A stretch of 64,000 bases of DNA from an uncultured Acetobacteraceae bacterium (lineage in GTDB: Bacteria; Pseudomonadota; Alphaproteobacteria; Acetobacterales; Acetobacteraceae): the NCBI GenBank assembly GCA_964246745.1, contig CAXTRK010000011.1:11173-75172 (forward strand). Direction: 5' to 3'. The notes beneath the pieces were generated by a model. That model did not search any database. It was given only the letters and a program-made list of their open reading frames with translations, and was not told where the DNA came from. Below are positions 28,031-37,698 of the stretch, piece by piece. Every line of letters starts with the position of its first letter. Within the stretch, counting starts at the first letter, position 1. A program made the translations under genes and the position numbers.

Positions 28031-28986
28031 GCGGGACAGTTCCAGCGCGGACCGCATTGATCGCCCTCGATTGGGGCACCAGCGCGCTGCGTGCCTGGCG
28101 GATCTCGGAAGCCGGAACGGTGATCGAGTCGCGACGGCAGGAATGGGGCATCATGCACCTTCCGGACGGCGGTTTCCCCGCCGCTTTCGACGCGATCACG
28201 GAGGACTGGCGCGGGGCGGCCGTGCCGGCGATTGCCTGCGGCATGGTCGGCAGCCGGCAAGGCTGGCGGGAAGTGCCGTACCTGACCACGCCGGCGGACC
28301 TCTCCCGGATCGCCGGAGCGCTGCTGCCGATCGAGACCGGCATCGGGCAGACGCTGCATCTGGTGCCCGGTCTGTTGCATGCGGACGACGAGGCACCGGA
28401 CGTGATGCGCGGCGAGGAAACCCAGGCGATGGGGGCGGCCGCCATTCTCGACAACGACGCCCTCCTGGTGATGCCGGGCACGCACAGCAAATGGTCGCGG
28501 CTTCGCGAGCAAAGGCTGGTCTGGTTCCGCACGATGATGACCGGTGAGCTGTTCGCCCTGTTGCGTCGGCATTCCATTCTCGGGCGCGACGAAGCGGGTG
28601 ACGCGGGTCCGGCGGCGCGCGACGCGGCCTTTGTGCGCGGCGTCCGGCAGGCAGCTTCCGATGGCGCCTTCGCCCGGTTGTTCACGACCCGCGCCCTGAG
28701 CCTGACCGGCGGGCTGCCGCCGGGCGCCGCCGCGGATTATCTCTCCGGATTGCTGATCGGCGAGGAGTTGCGTCTGGCGTTGCCGGGAGTGGCGGACCCT
28801 GTGCGGATCGCCCTCACCGGTGATACGACACTCTGCGACCGCTACGCGCGCGCCTTCAGCGTCCTTGGCCACCCCAGCCCGGCACGCATCGAGGATACGG
28901 CGCTTGCCGGACTGCTACGGATCGCGGCGAAGGCCGGGCTGTTGCCGGTTGCCGCGCAAGCCGGCGCCGCGACGAAGGGAGCTTGA
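28027..28986 (+). CDS. dgoK: 2-dehydro-3-deoxygalactonokinase
   Basis: IALDWGTSALRAW, GMVGSRQGW, DVMRGEETQ, MPGTHSKW and MTGELF. Confidence 0.9.
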   Translation: MSGTVPARTALIALDWGTSALRAWRISEAGTVIESRRQEWGIMHLPDGGFPAAFDAITEDWRGAAVPAIACGMVGSRQGWREVPYLTTPADLSRIAGALLPIETGIGQTLHLVPGLLHADDEAPDVMRGEETQAMGAAAILDNDALLVMPGTHSKWSRLREQRLVWFRTMMTGELFALLRRHSILGRDEAGDAGPAARDAAFVRGVRQAASDGAFARLFTTRALSLTGGLPPGAAADYLSGLLIGEELRLALPGVADPVRIALTGDTTLCDRYARAFSVLGHPSPARIEDTALAGLLRIAAKAGLLPVAAQAGAATKGA

Positions 28987-28987
28987 G

Positions 28988-29623
28988 ATGGCACGCACTC
29001 TGCTGGGACATTCGCCGTTCACCGCCATCCTGCGCGGCATCGCACCCGAGGAGGCGCTCGCGGTCGGCAAGGCGCTCGTTGCAGCCGGCATGACCATCCT
29101 GGAAGTTCCGATGAACTCGCCACGGCCGCTGGAGAGCATCCGACTGCTGGCGGAGCATTTCGGCACTGAGTGCCTGATCGGCGCCGGCACGGTGATGACG
29201 CTGCGGGAGGTCGACGCAATCTTCAGCGTCGGCGGCCGTCTGATCGTCATGCCGCATGGCGATACCGAGGTGATCCGGGCGGCAAAGCAGGCGAAGATGG
29301 TCTGTATGCCGGGGATCGCCACACCCACGGAGGGGTTCGCGGCTTTGCGCGCCGAAGCCGACGCGCTCAAGCTGTTTCCCGCCGAAATGCTGGGGCCCGT
29401 CGTGCTGCGGGCGATGCGCGCGGTATTTCCGGCGGACACGGTGTTCCTGCCGGTGGGCGGCATCACGCCCGAGAATGTCGGCAGCTTCGTCGCCGCCGGC
29501 GCCAGCGGCTTCGGTCTTGGCTCCGGCCTGTATGTGCCCGGACGCGACGCCGACGATGTCGGCAGCCGGGCACGGGCCTATCTCAAGGCCTGGGACGAAG
29601 CCACCGCCAGCCGTTCGCCATGA
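28988..29623 (+). CDS. dgoA: 2-dehydro-3-deoxy-6-phosphogalactonate aldolase
   Basis: AILRGI, EVPMNSP, IGAGTV, TPTEGF and LKLFPAE. Confidence 0.9.
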   Translation: MARTLLGHSPFTAILRGIAPEEALAVGKALVAAGMTILEVPMNSPRPLESIRLLAEHFGTECLIGAGTVMTLREVDAIFSVGGRLIVMPHGDTEVIRAAKQAKMVCMPGIATPTEGFAALRAEADALKLFPAEMLGPVVLRAMRAVFPADTVFLPVGGITPENVGSFVAAGASGFGLGSGLYVPGRDADDVGSRARAYLKAWDEATASRSP

Positions 29624-30534
29624 CAGTACGGGTCGGGATCGTGGGCGCCGGGCAGATCGCCCGTGTGCAGCATATCCCCGCCTTGGCCGCGACACCGGGC
29701 CTTGCCCTCGCCGCGATCGCCAATCCGTTCCCCGTCCCGGTGCCCGAGGACGTCCGCCTGCACGCGTCGCTCGCGGACATGCTCACCGACGAGATCGACG
29801 CGGTGGCGATCTGCACGCCGCCGCAGATACGCTACGGCCTTGCCATGGCGGCGCTCGCCGCGGGCAAGCACGTGCTGCTGGAGAAGCCGCCCGCGGCCAC
29901 GCCCGCGGAAGCCATTGCTCTCGGCGCGGAGGCAGAGCGGCGCGGCCTCACCTTGTTCACCGCCTGGCACTCCTTGTTTAATGCCGGCGTGGAGCCGGCG
30001 CGGGCGATCCTCGCCGAACGCGGCGCACGCGCGATGCGGATGACCTGGCACGAGGATGTGGAGAAGTTCCATCCGGGCGTGGACTGGTTCTGGCAACCCG
30101 GCGGGATGGGCGTCTTCGATCCCGGCATCAATGCGTTCTCCATCCTCGTGCGCGTCATGCCGGAACCGGTGTTCATCCGCGCGGCCGCGTTCACCATCGC
30201 CCCAGGCGCGCACACGCCGGCCGCGGCGCGCCTCGATTTCGCCACGCCCACGCATGAGGACGGTTTCACCGCTTCACTCGACTTTCGTCACAAGGGCCGC
30301 GAGACATGGAGCATCGTCTGGACGCTCGCGGACGGCGCGCGCCTGGCTCTGGAACAAGGCGGGGCCACTCTCACGCTCGATGGCAGCGTCGTCGCCGCCG
30401 GCGTGGATGAGGAGTATCGCGGCGTCTATGGACGTTTCCGGGAGCTGATCGAGGCCGGGCGTTCGGACGTCGAGATACGGCCGCTTCAGCTCGTCGCCGA
30501 CGCCTTCCTGGTCGGCCGCCGGGAACCGGCATGA
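29620..30534 (+). CDS. Gfo/Idh/MocA oxidoreductase, galactose 1-dehydrogenase-like
   Basis: GIVGAGQIA..QH, HVLLEKPP, WHEDVEKFHPG and GVFDPGINA. Confidence 0.82.
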   Translation: MTVRVGIVGAGQIARVQHIPALAATPGLALAAIANPFPVPVPEDVRLHASLADMLTDEIDAVAICTPPQIRYGLAMAALAAGKHVLLEKPPAATPAEAIALGAEAERRGLTLFTAWHSLFNAGVEPARAILAERGARAMRMTWHEDVEKFHPGVDWFWQPGGMGVFDPGINAFSILVRVMPEPVFIRAAAFTIAPGAHTPAAARLDFATPTHEDGFTASLDFRHKGRETWSIVWTLADGARLALEQGGATLTLDGSVVAAGVDEEYRGVYGRFRELIEAGRSDVEIRPLQLVADAFLVGRREPA

Positions 30535-31418
30535 CAGACGCGGTGACGCGCGATATCCGCTGCGTCGATGCCGGCCATGCCTTGCTGGGCGAGGCGCCGT
30601 TCTGGGATGCTCAGACGCAGGCGCTGTTCTGGGTCGACATCACCGGCCGGCGCATCCATCGACTGCATCCCGAGACCGGCGCCGCCCGGAGCTGGCTGAT
30701 GCCGGACCGCGTCGCCTGCGCGGTGCCGCGCGTCGTGGGCGGGCTGCTGGTGGCGCTGGCGCGCGAGCTTGCTCTGTTCGATCCTGAAACAGCGTCGCTG
30801 CGGACCGTCTTCTCGCTCGGGTTCGATGAGCCGCGCGTCCGCTTCAACGATTCGCGCACGGATGCGGCCGGCCGGCTGTGGATCGGCACGATGAACGAAG
30901 TCGACGAGGAGCCGGCGGCGATGCTGCTGCGCGTTGACGCCGACCTGTCCTGCACGGCGATGGAGAGCGGCATCAGGATTTCCAACGGCATCGCTTTCAG
31001 CCCCGACGACCGCCTGTTCTACTTCGCCGACTCGCCTGAGCGCGTGATCCGCTCGTATGAGTTTGACCTCGCTGAAGGGTGTCTCGGCGCCCGTCGCGAT
31101 CTGATCACCGTGGATGCCGGCGTCGCGGTGCCCGATGGCAGCGCGGTCGACATCGAGGGCTGCATCTGGAACGCGCAATGGGATGGCGGCCGAGTCGTGC
31201 GCTACGCCCCTGACGGCGGCATACGCGAGATCGTCACGATCCCGTGCAGCCGGCCCACCTCCTGCGTGTTCGGTGGCCCTGATCTCTCGACCCTCTATGT
31301 GACCAGTTCGTGCATGGAGTTGTGTGCGGCTGCGTTGCGCGCGCAGCCGCTCGCCGGATCGTTGTTCGCGGTCGATGTCGGCGTCGCCGGCCGGCCAGGC
31401 ACACGCTTCGCCGGCTGA
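30531..31418 (+). CDS. SMP-30/sugar lactone lactonase
   Basis: LGEAPFWD, RFNDSRTD, SNGIAFSPD and PDGSAVDIEG. Confidence 0.85.
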   Translation: MTDAVTRDIRCVDAGHALLGEAPFWDAQTQALFWVDITGRRIHRLHPETGAARSWLMPDRVACAVPRVVGGLLVALARELALFDPETASLRTVFSLGFDEPRVRFNDSRTDAAGRLWIGTMNEVDEEPAAMLLRVDADLSCTAMESGIRISNGIAFSPDDRLFYFADSPERVIRSYEFDLAEGCLGARRDLITVDAGVAVPDGSAVDIEGCIWNAQWDGGRVVRYAPDGGIREIVTIPCSRPTSCVFGGPDLSTLYVTSSCMELCAAALRAQPLAGSLFAVDVGVAGRPGTRFAG

Positions 31419-31427
31419 CGAAAAGGG

Positions 31428-32816
31428 TCAGGCGCCGATCGAACGCAGCTTTCGGCCGGCCATCAGATTCCGCTCGAGATTCTCGAGTGTCACTCCCTTG
31501 GTCTCCGGCACCAGCGCCAGGGTGATGATGATGAACAGCGCGTTGAAGCCCGCGTAGAGCCAGAAGGTCTGCGCATGGCCGAACGTGTTGAGCAGCGTGA
31601 GGAAGGTCAGGCCAACGACAAAGTTTGCCGCCCAGTTGGTGAAGGTCGATGCCGCGATGCCGAAGTCGCGGCCCTTCAATGGCTGCACTTCCGAGCAGAC
31701 CACCCAGATCAGCGGGCCTGCCGAAAAGGCGAAGCCGGTGATGAAGCAGAGCAGGACAGCGATCGCGCCGTAGCGTTCCGCCTGCGTGTGGATGCCGGCG
31801 AAGATCAGCGCGCCCAGGATGCCCATTCCCAGGGTCATCACCGCAAAACCAACAGTGAGGATCGGCCGACGCCCGGCGCGGTCGACCAGTCCGATGGCGA
31901 TGAAGGTTGCCAGCACATTGACCACGCCGACGATGGCAGTGCCCCAGAGCTGCGCGTGATGAGCAAAGCCGGCCAGCTTGAAGATGCTTGGCGCGTAATA
32001 CATCACGACGTTCATGCCGGTGAACTGCTGCATTACCTGCAGCAGCACGCCGAGCATCACCGAGCGGCGGAAGTTCGGGTTGCCGGCGAACATCGACCAG
32101 CCATGCTGCTTGGTTTGCAATTGCTCGGCGATGTCGGCCGACTCGCGCCGCGCCACTTCCGGATCACCGCGCAGTTCGGTCAGCACACGCGTCGCCTCGG
32201 CGTCGCGTCCCTGCATCTTCAGCCAGCGTGGACTATCCGGCAGCAGGAACACGCCGGCGAAGAACAGCAAGCCCGGCACCGCGACCAACCCCAGCATCCA
32301 GCGCCAGGCGCCATTATAGGACAGCAGCGCGTCGGAGATGAAGGCGACCAGGATGCCGACGGTGACCATGAGCTGGTAGGTCGAGATCATCGCGCCGCGG
32401 CGGCGCTCGTCGGCGATTTCGGAAATATAGAGCGGAGCGGTGAAGGTCGCGAGCCCGATCGCCAGCCCGAGGATGACCCGGCCGATCAGCAGCACGGTCA
32501 CCGTCCAGGCAAACGCACAGAGCAGGGAGCTGGCGATGAACAAGGCGGCGCTCACGATCAATGTGCGTTTGCGGCCGAAGCTCGCGGAGAGATAGCCCGC
32601 GATCAACGCGCCGGCCGCGGCGCCGAGCATCATGCTGCTGACGATCCACTCCTTGGCCACATCGTTGATGTGGAAAGTCTTGCCGATGAAATCCAAGGCC
32701 CCGGAAATCACCCCGATGTCGAGACCGAACATCAATCCGGCGAGCGCCGCCAGACCTCCGGTCAGCAGCGTCTTCATATTGCCCGTCGTGGAGCGGGCTT
32801 CATAGGTTGTGCTCAT
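31428..32816 (-). CDS. galP: MFS sugar porter (GalP/AraE-like sugar:H+ symporter)
   Basis: FGLDIGVISG, QQFTGMNVVMYYAP, DRAGRR and VPETKG. Confidence 0.85.
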   Translation of the reverse strand: MSTTYEARSTTGNMKTLLTGGLAALAGLMFGLDIGVISGALDFIGKTFHINDVAKEWIVSSMMLGAAAGALIAGYLSASFGRKRTLIVSAALFIASSLLCAFAWTVTVLLIGRVILGLAIGLATFTAPLYISEIADERRRGAMISTYQLMVTVGILVAFISDALLSYNGAWRWMLGLVAVPGLLFFAGVFLLPDSPRWLKMQGRDAEATRVLTELRGDPEVARRESADIAEQLQTKQHGWSMFAGNPNFRRSVMLGVLLQVMQQFTGMNVVMYYAPSIFKLAGFAHHAQLWGTAIVGVVNVLATFIAIGLVDRAGRRPILTVGFAVMTLGMGILGALIFAGIHTQAERYGAIAVLLCFITGFAFSAGPLIWVVCSEVQPLKGRDFGIAASTFTNWAANFVVGLTFLTLLNTFGHAQTFWLYAGFNALFIIITLALVPETKGVTLENLERNLMAGRKLRSIGA

Positions 32817-33008
32817 CGGTTGGCTCCTCCTTGCCTGTTCTCGTTATCGGCAGCCGCGACCTGTCTGTTGCATGACGGCTACGCATAGGCGTGCGGGAAC
32901 AAGCAGCATCATCACTCCCCTGCGAGCAGTCTGTAAACCCGCGCTGGACCTGCGATTGTGCCGAGCGCGGCCTTGATCCTGTTAACGCGGCCTCCGAAGG
33001 AGAAATCC

Positions 33009-34490
33009 ATGAAGCACGTGTGGTGGCGTGTTCAAATTTTCTGCGGCCTGCTCGGCTTTGTCGCCTGCGTCGCGTTGCAGCCCGGCCCCGCCTGGAGCCA
33101 ACAGCCGGCGAACGCAACAAACGCAACCAATCAGCCGGGACAATCGGCGCCGCATGCAGGCTTCGCGGCCGGCCCCAGCCAGCAGATTTCGACTCCGGGA
33201 CTCGGCCCGCTCTTCGGCGCGCCGTTCTCGGAAGACCACCTGTTCGGCGATTGGCAAGGCGCACGGAGCTGGCTCGCTGATAAAGGCGTCGCTGTCGATC
33301 TCGACTGGCTCACGGAGAACAGCGGCAACATCACCGGCGGCCGCAGAGAGGCCTTCGACTTCGCCGGCCAGGTCGGCCTTGAGATCGATCTCGACCTCGA
33401 CAAACTGGCAGGTCTCAGCGGCTCCGCGTTCCATTTCATGGCCGTCAACGGCAATGGCCGCAACACCTCGTTGGACGCGATCGGCGATGATCTCGCCACC
33501 ACCCAGGAGATCTATGGCGGACGCGGCAACGTCATTGCCCATCTCGTCTATGCCTATTTGGAGCAGTCCATCGACAAGGACCGCATTGATCTCGCCGGCG
33601 GCTGGATGCCGGTGGGCACCTATTTCGCCGCCTCGCCGCTCTATTGCCGCTTCATGAACGTGCTGTTCTGCGGCAACCCGCATCCGCTGCCGAATTATCC
33701 GGGCGAGGAGGACTGGCCGCAGGCGTCGTTCGGCGGTCAGGTCCGCTGGGTGCCGGTGCCGCAACTCTACTTCATGCTTGGGCTGCACTCGACCGACACC
33801 GATTTCAACACCGGCGGCGGCGGCATTTCCGGTTGGGCATGGGCGGATCCGCACAAGTCCGGCGTGTCGATCCCGGTCGAGCTTGGCTGGGTGCCCCGGT
33901 TCGGAAGCCACAATCTCGTCGGCCACTACAAACTCGGCTATGACCATGACACGCACGAGTATGGCGACGTCTATCGAAGCCAGCTCGGCGGCCCTACCCT
34001 GCTCGTCGGGGGTCCGGCGGTCGACCATCATCGCGACATGTACTATGTCCTGGTCGACCAGATGCTGATGCGGCTTGGCAAGACCGACACTGACGGCCTG
34101 ATCGCCTTTGCCGGCTACCTGCATGCAACCGACAGCGTGAGCCCCTTCACCCAGCACGCGTTCGTCGGCCTGACCATGACTGGCGACCCGTGGGGACGTC
34201 CAAAGGATTATGTCGGCATGGACTTTCATTGGATTGAAGTGAGCGGGGACTTCACCCGCGCGCAGGAACTCGACGAGGCGCTCGGGACGCAGACCCCGCT
34301 CACGATCGCCGGGTCGGGGCCGGCCTATGGGCCGCAAAATACCGAGCAGATCATCGAACTGAACTACAACGCCACGGTGTTTCACGGCGTCACCGTGATG
34401 CCCGACTTCCAATACCTGATCCGCCCGGGGGCCACCACGCGCACGCCGGATGCCGCCGTGCTCGGCTTTCGCACCAACGTCAACTTTTAA
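33009..34490 (+). CDS. oprB: Carbohydrate-selective porin, OprB family
   Basis: Signal peptide, HLFGDWQGAR, ELNYNA..VMPDFQYLIRPG and C-terminal F; divergent from galP. Confidence 0.85.
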   Translation: MKHVWWRVQIFCGLLGFVACVALQPGPAWSQQPANATNATNQPGQSAPHAGFAAGPSQQISTPGLGPLFGAPFSEDHLFGDWQGARSWLADKGVAVDLDWLTENSGNITGGRREAFDFAGQVGLEIDLDLDKLAGLSGSAFHFMAVNGNGRNTSLDAIGDDLATTQEIYGGRGNVIAHLVYAYLEQSIDKDRIDLAGGWMPVGTYFAASPLYCRFMNVLFCGNPHPLPNYPGEEDWPQASFGGQVRWVPVPQLYFMLGLHSTDTDFNTGGGGISGWAWADPHKSGVSIPVELGWVPRFGSHNLVGHYKLGYDHDTHEYGDVYRSQLGGPTLLVGGPAVDHHRDMYYVLVDQMLMRLGKTDTDGLIAFAGYLHATDSVSPFTQHAFVGLTMTGDPWGRPKDYVGMDFHWIEVSGDFTRAQELDEALGTQTPLTIAGSGPAYGPQNTEQIIELNYNATVFHGVTVMPDFQYLIRPGATTRTPDAAVLGFRTNVNF

Positions 34491-34504
34491 CTGGCGGCCT
34501 CGGA

Positions 34505-34891
34505 TCAGTTCACACTGCCATAGACATGTCCGCCGGAATTGGCGCGGCACGCGCATGGGCTGCCCGCTGATCGCGGCGCGGACAGCGGGCAGATATAAGC
34601 GCCGGCGTGGCAACGCAGTCCCCGCGGGTCATAGCTGGGCGCCGGAGCGTAGGCGGGAGCCGGGGCATAGGCGGGAGCAGGGGCATAGGCGACGGGCGGC
34701 GCGTAGATCACCGGAGGCGGATAGGCGTAGGCGGGCGCATAGAACGGATAACCGAAGCCGAAACCGAACGGCGCGAAGCCGTAGCCATAGCCAAAGCCGA
34801 AGAAGCCGCGCGCCTGTGCCGCCGCCGGCGCCATCACGCAGGCAATCAGCGCCGCGGCGAGCAGGAGAAGTCGAGCATGGGGGCGAGACAT
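34505..34891 (-). CDS. Small secreted Gly/Tyr/Pro-rich protein with a four-Cys C-terminal domain
   Basis: Signal peptide ending AAAQA; GFFGFGYGYG; YAPAPA repeats; CHAGAYICP..PCAC; AGGA SD. Confidence 0.65.
   Translation of the reverse strand: MSRPHARLLLLAAALIACVMAPAAAQARGFFGFGYGYGFAPFGFGFGYPFYAPAYAYPPPVIYAPPVAYAPAPAYAPAPAYAPAPSYDPRGLRCHAGAYICPLSAPRSAGSPCACRANSGGHVYGSVN
34632..34691. repeat. 18-bp coding tandem repeat (YAPAPA), about 3 units
   Basis: TAGGCGGGAGC(C/A)GGGGCA at 34650 and 34668, with a degenerate unit at 34632. Confidence 0.75.
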
Positions 34892-35054
34892 GGTTGTTCC
34901 TCAAGGACTGGATGAGACAATACGGCAATGTGCAACGGGCTTCAGAACACGGAAGTCACAAAGATTATCGCTGCGCCAAAACTCTGTGTGTCCTTGACCG
35001 TAACACGGCCTGCGCGTTCGCCGCGCGGGCAACGCAAGAGGTTCCAGGCTGCGC

Positions 35055-36251
35055 ATGCGCCATCTCCATCTCGATCCACTCGGCGGCGTGGCCGGCGACA
35101 TGTTCGCGGCCAGCCTGCTTGACCTGTTTCCCGAGCATCGGGAGGACACGATACGCGCCGCGCAAAGCCTTTCGAATGTGGCCTGCCGGTTGCAAAATCA
35201 CACCGATGGCACGCTCGCCGGCCGGCAATTCATCGTGGACGCGCCCTCTCCTCATCACCACCATCATGTGCATTGGCAAGACATCCGCGAGAGGATCGCA
35301 TCCGCTGATTTGCCCGAGCCAGTGCGGGACCATGCCATTGGCATTTTCTCCTGCCTCGCCGATGCGGAGGCGCGCGTGCATGGCGTCGATCCCGATGCGG
35401 TGGCGTTCCACGAGGTCGGCGCCGCCGACTCGATCGCCGACATCCTTGCCGCCGCCTGGATCATCGCGGCAATCGGACCGGCCACCTGGAGCGTCGCGTC
35501 TCTGCCGATCGGAGCCGGGCGGACCCGCACCGCGCACGGGCCGATGCCGGTTCCCGCACCCGCGACAGCCTTGCTTCTGGAGGGTCTCGCCACGCATGAT
35601 GACGGCATTGCCGGCGAGCGCGTGACGCCGACCGGCGCCGCCATCCTGCGACATCTTGGCGCCACGTCCGGCCCGCGTCCGCCCGGCATCCTGCGCCGCT
35701 CCGGGATCGGGCTCGGCACACGCGCCCTGCCCGGCATCAGCAACTGCCTGCGCGTGCTGCTGTTCGAAGCCGAGGCAGTGAGCACACAGGCTGGGGGCGC
35801 ACAGGCCGGGCACCGTGAGCTTGCTGTGATCAGCTTTGAGATCGACGATCAATCGGGTGAGGAACTCGCCGCCGGGCTCGACCTTCTGCGTGCGACGGAC
35901 GGTGTGCATGACGTGATCCAGATGGCGGCGTTCGGCAAGAAGGGCCGGCTGGCGATTCAGGTGCAGGTGCTGGCACGGCTGGACGCGCTCGATGCGGTGG
36001 TCGACGCATGCTTCTGCGAGACCACCACGATCGGTCTGCGCACCCATATCGTGCAGGGCCGCACGCTGCGGCGCCGCTTTGCCGAAGTGCCGGTGGAGGG
36101 TCGGACAATGCGGGTCAAGCGTGTCGATCGCCCGGACGGTCCGACCAGCAAGATCGAGGCTGACAGCCTGCGGGAGATACCTGGACAAGCCGCGCGCACA
36201 CGGTTGCGTCACGCCGCTGAGGCGCGTGGGGAGGGCGGGACTGATGCGTGA
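35055..36251 (+). CDS. larC: Nickel pincer cofactor biosynthesis protein LarC (Ni insertion)
   Basis: GVAGDMF, HHHHHVH, FHEVGAADSIADI, PVPAPAT, TPTGAAIL, EIDDQSGE and TTTIGLR. Confidence 0.9.
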   Translation: MRHLHLDPLGGVAGDMFAASLLDLFPEHREDTIRAAQSLSNVACRLQNHTDGTLAGRQFIVDAPSPHHHHHVHWQDIRERIASADLPEPVRDHAIGIFSCLADAEARVHGVDPDAVAFHEVGAADSIADILAAAWIIAAIGPATWSVASLPIGAGRTRTAHGPMPVPAPATALLLEGLATHDDGIAGERVTPTGAAILRHLGATSGPRPPGILRRSGIGLGTRALPGISNCLRVLLFEAEAVSTQAGGAQAGHRELAVISFEIDDQSGEELAAGLDLLRATDGVHDVIQMAAFGKKGRLAIQVQVLARLDALDAVVDACFCETTTIGLRTHIVQGRTLRRRFAEVPVEGRTMRVKRVDRPDGPTSKIEADSLREIPGQAARTRLRHAAEARGEGGTDA

Positions 36252-37044
36252 ACTCGACAGGCTTATGGCTGAGCTGTGCCGGCTCGACGACGCCGCAATC
36301 GCGGTCAGCGGCGGCATCGACAGCCTGACCTTGGCGACGGCCGCCCAGCGCGCGCTGCCCGGGCGTGTCAGCATGCATCACGCGACTTCGCCCGCGGTGC
36401 CGGCGGAAGCCACGGCGCGCACGCGCGCACTCGCCGCCCGGCAGCGATGGACACTCGACGTCTTCGACGCCGGCGAGTTCGACAACGCGGAGTACCGCGC
36501 CAATCCGGCCAATCGCTGCTTCTTCTGCAAAACCAGCCTGTATGGCGCGGTGGCGCGTCGTACCACCCGCACGATCCTGTCCGGCACCAATCTGGACGAT
36601 CTCGGCGAATACCGGCCGGGCCTGGAGGCGGCGGAGCGGCACGCGGTGCAACATCCGTTCGTGCAAGCCGGCATCGATAAGCGCGGCGTACGGGCGCTCG
36701 CCGCCAAGTTAGGGCTTGGCGAGCTTGCCGAGCTGCCTTCGGCGCCCTGTCTGTCGAGCCGGATCGAGACGGGGCTGCGCATCGAGCCGCACGTGCTGGC
36801 GATGGTGCACGCGGCGGAGCGGCACGTGATCGCGACGCTGTCGCCGCGCACCGCGCGTTGCCGTATCCGTGCGGGCGGGATCGTCGTCGAGCTGGATGAG
36901 GCGGCATTGCAGGCACTCGACGACGCGCGGCGGAGCGCGCTCGCGGCCGAGGTGGTCATGCTCGGACGCGAGGCGGGGTTGGATGCGCCGGTCAGCTTCG
37001 CGCCCTACCGCAATGGCGGCGCCTTCATACGGAAATCACCGTGA
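36244..37044 (+). CDS. larE: LarE ATP-dependent sulfur transferase
   Basis: PP-loop AVSGGIDS, NRCFFCK, GTNLDDLGEYRPG and SAPCLSSRI. Confidence 0.88.
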   Translation: MRELDRLMAELCRLDDAAIAVSGGIDSLTLATAAQRALPGRVSMHHATSPAVPAEATARTRALAARQRWTLDVFDAGEFDNAEYRANPANRCFFCKTSLYGAVARRTTRTILSGTNLDDLGEYRPGLEAAERHAVQHPFVQAGIDKRGVRALAAKLGLGELAELPSAPCLSSRIETGLRIEPHVLAMVHAAERHVIATLSPRTARCRIRAGGIVVELDEAALQALDDARRSALAAEVVMLGREAGLDAPVSFAPYRNGGAFIRKSP

Positions 37045-37688
37045 GCGGGACGGAGTTCGTCCTCGACCAGTCGCGACCCGAGCGGGTCGGCTTCGGCGAG
37101 GCGGTCTATTGCGCCGGCAAGTCGGTGACGCAGATCGCGGCGATCATCGGCGCGGCGGCGGCGCCGATTCTGCTGACGCGACTTGATGCCGCAGCCTTCG
37201 AGGCTCTGCCGGCGGCGGCGCGCGAGGCGCTCGACTACGATCCGGTCTCTCGTACGGCCTTCTCCGGCGCGCCGAAGCCCCTCTCCGCCAGCGGCCGGAT
37301 CGCCATCGTCACCGCCGGCACCTCGGATCTGTCGGTCGCCTACGAGGCGGCGCGCACGTTGCGCTTCAACGGACACGACGCCAGACTGATCGCCGATGTC
37401 GGCGTCGCCGGACTGTGGCGATTGATGCAACGGTTGGACGAGCTCCGACGCATGCGCGTGCTGATCGTCGCGGCCGGCATGGATGCGGCGCTGCCCAGCG
37501 TCATCGGCGGCCTGGTGGCGGGAGTGATCATCGCGGTGCCGACCTCGGTCGGTTACGGCGTCGCCGCCGGCGGGCAGACGGCGCTGCATTCGATCTTGGC
37601 GAGCTGCGCGCCGGGAATCGTCACCGTCAATATCGACAACGGGTACGGCGCCGCCTGCGCTGCGCTGCGTGTCGCCGGAACAGAGTAG
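37041..37688 (+). CDS. larB: Nickel pincer cofactor biosynthesis carboxylase/hydrolase LarB
   Basis: GFGEAVYCAGK, AGTSD, DVGVAGLWRL, AGMDAALPS, AVPTSVGYG and VNIDNGYGAA. Confidence 0.9.
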   Translation: MSGTEFVLDQSRPERVGFGEAVYCAGKSVTQIAAIIGAAAAPILLTRLDAAAFEALPAAAREALDYDPVSRTAFSGAPKPLSASGRIAIVTAGTSDLSVAYEAARTLRFNGHDARLIADVGVAGLWRLMQRLDELRRMRVLIVAAGMDAALPSVIGGLVAGVIIAVPTSVGYGVAAGGQTALHSILASCAPGIVTVNIDNGYGAACAALRVAGTE

Positions 37689-37698
37689 GAGCAGATCA

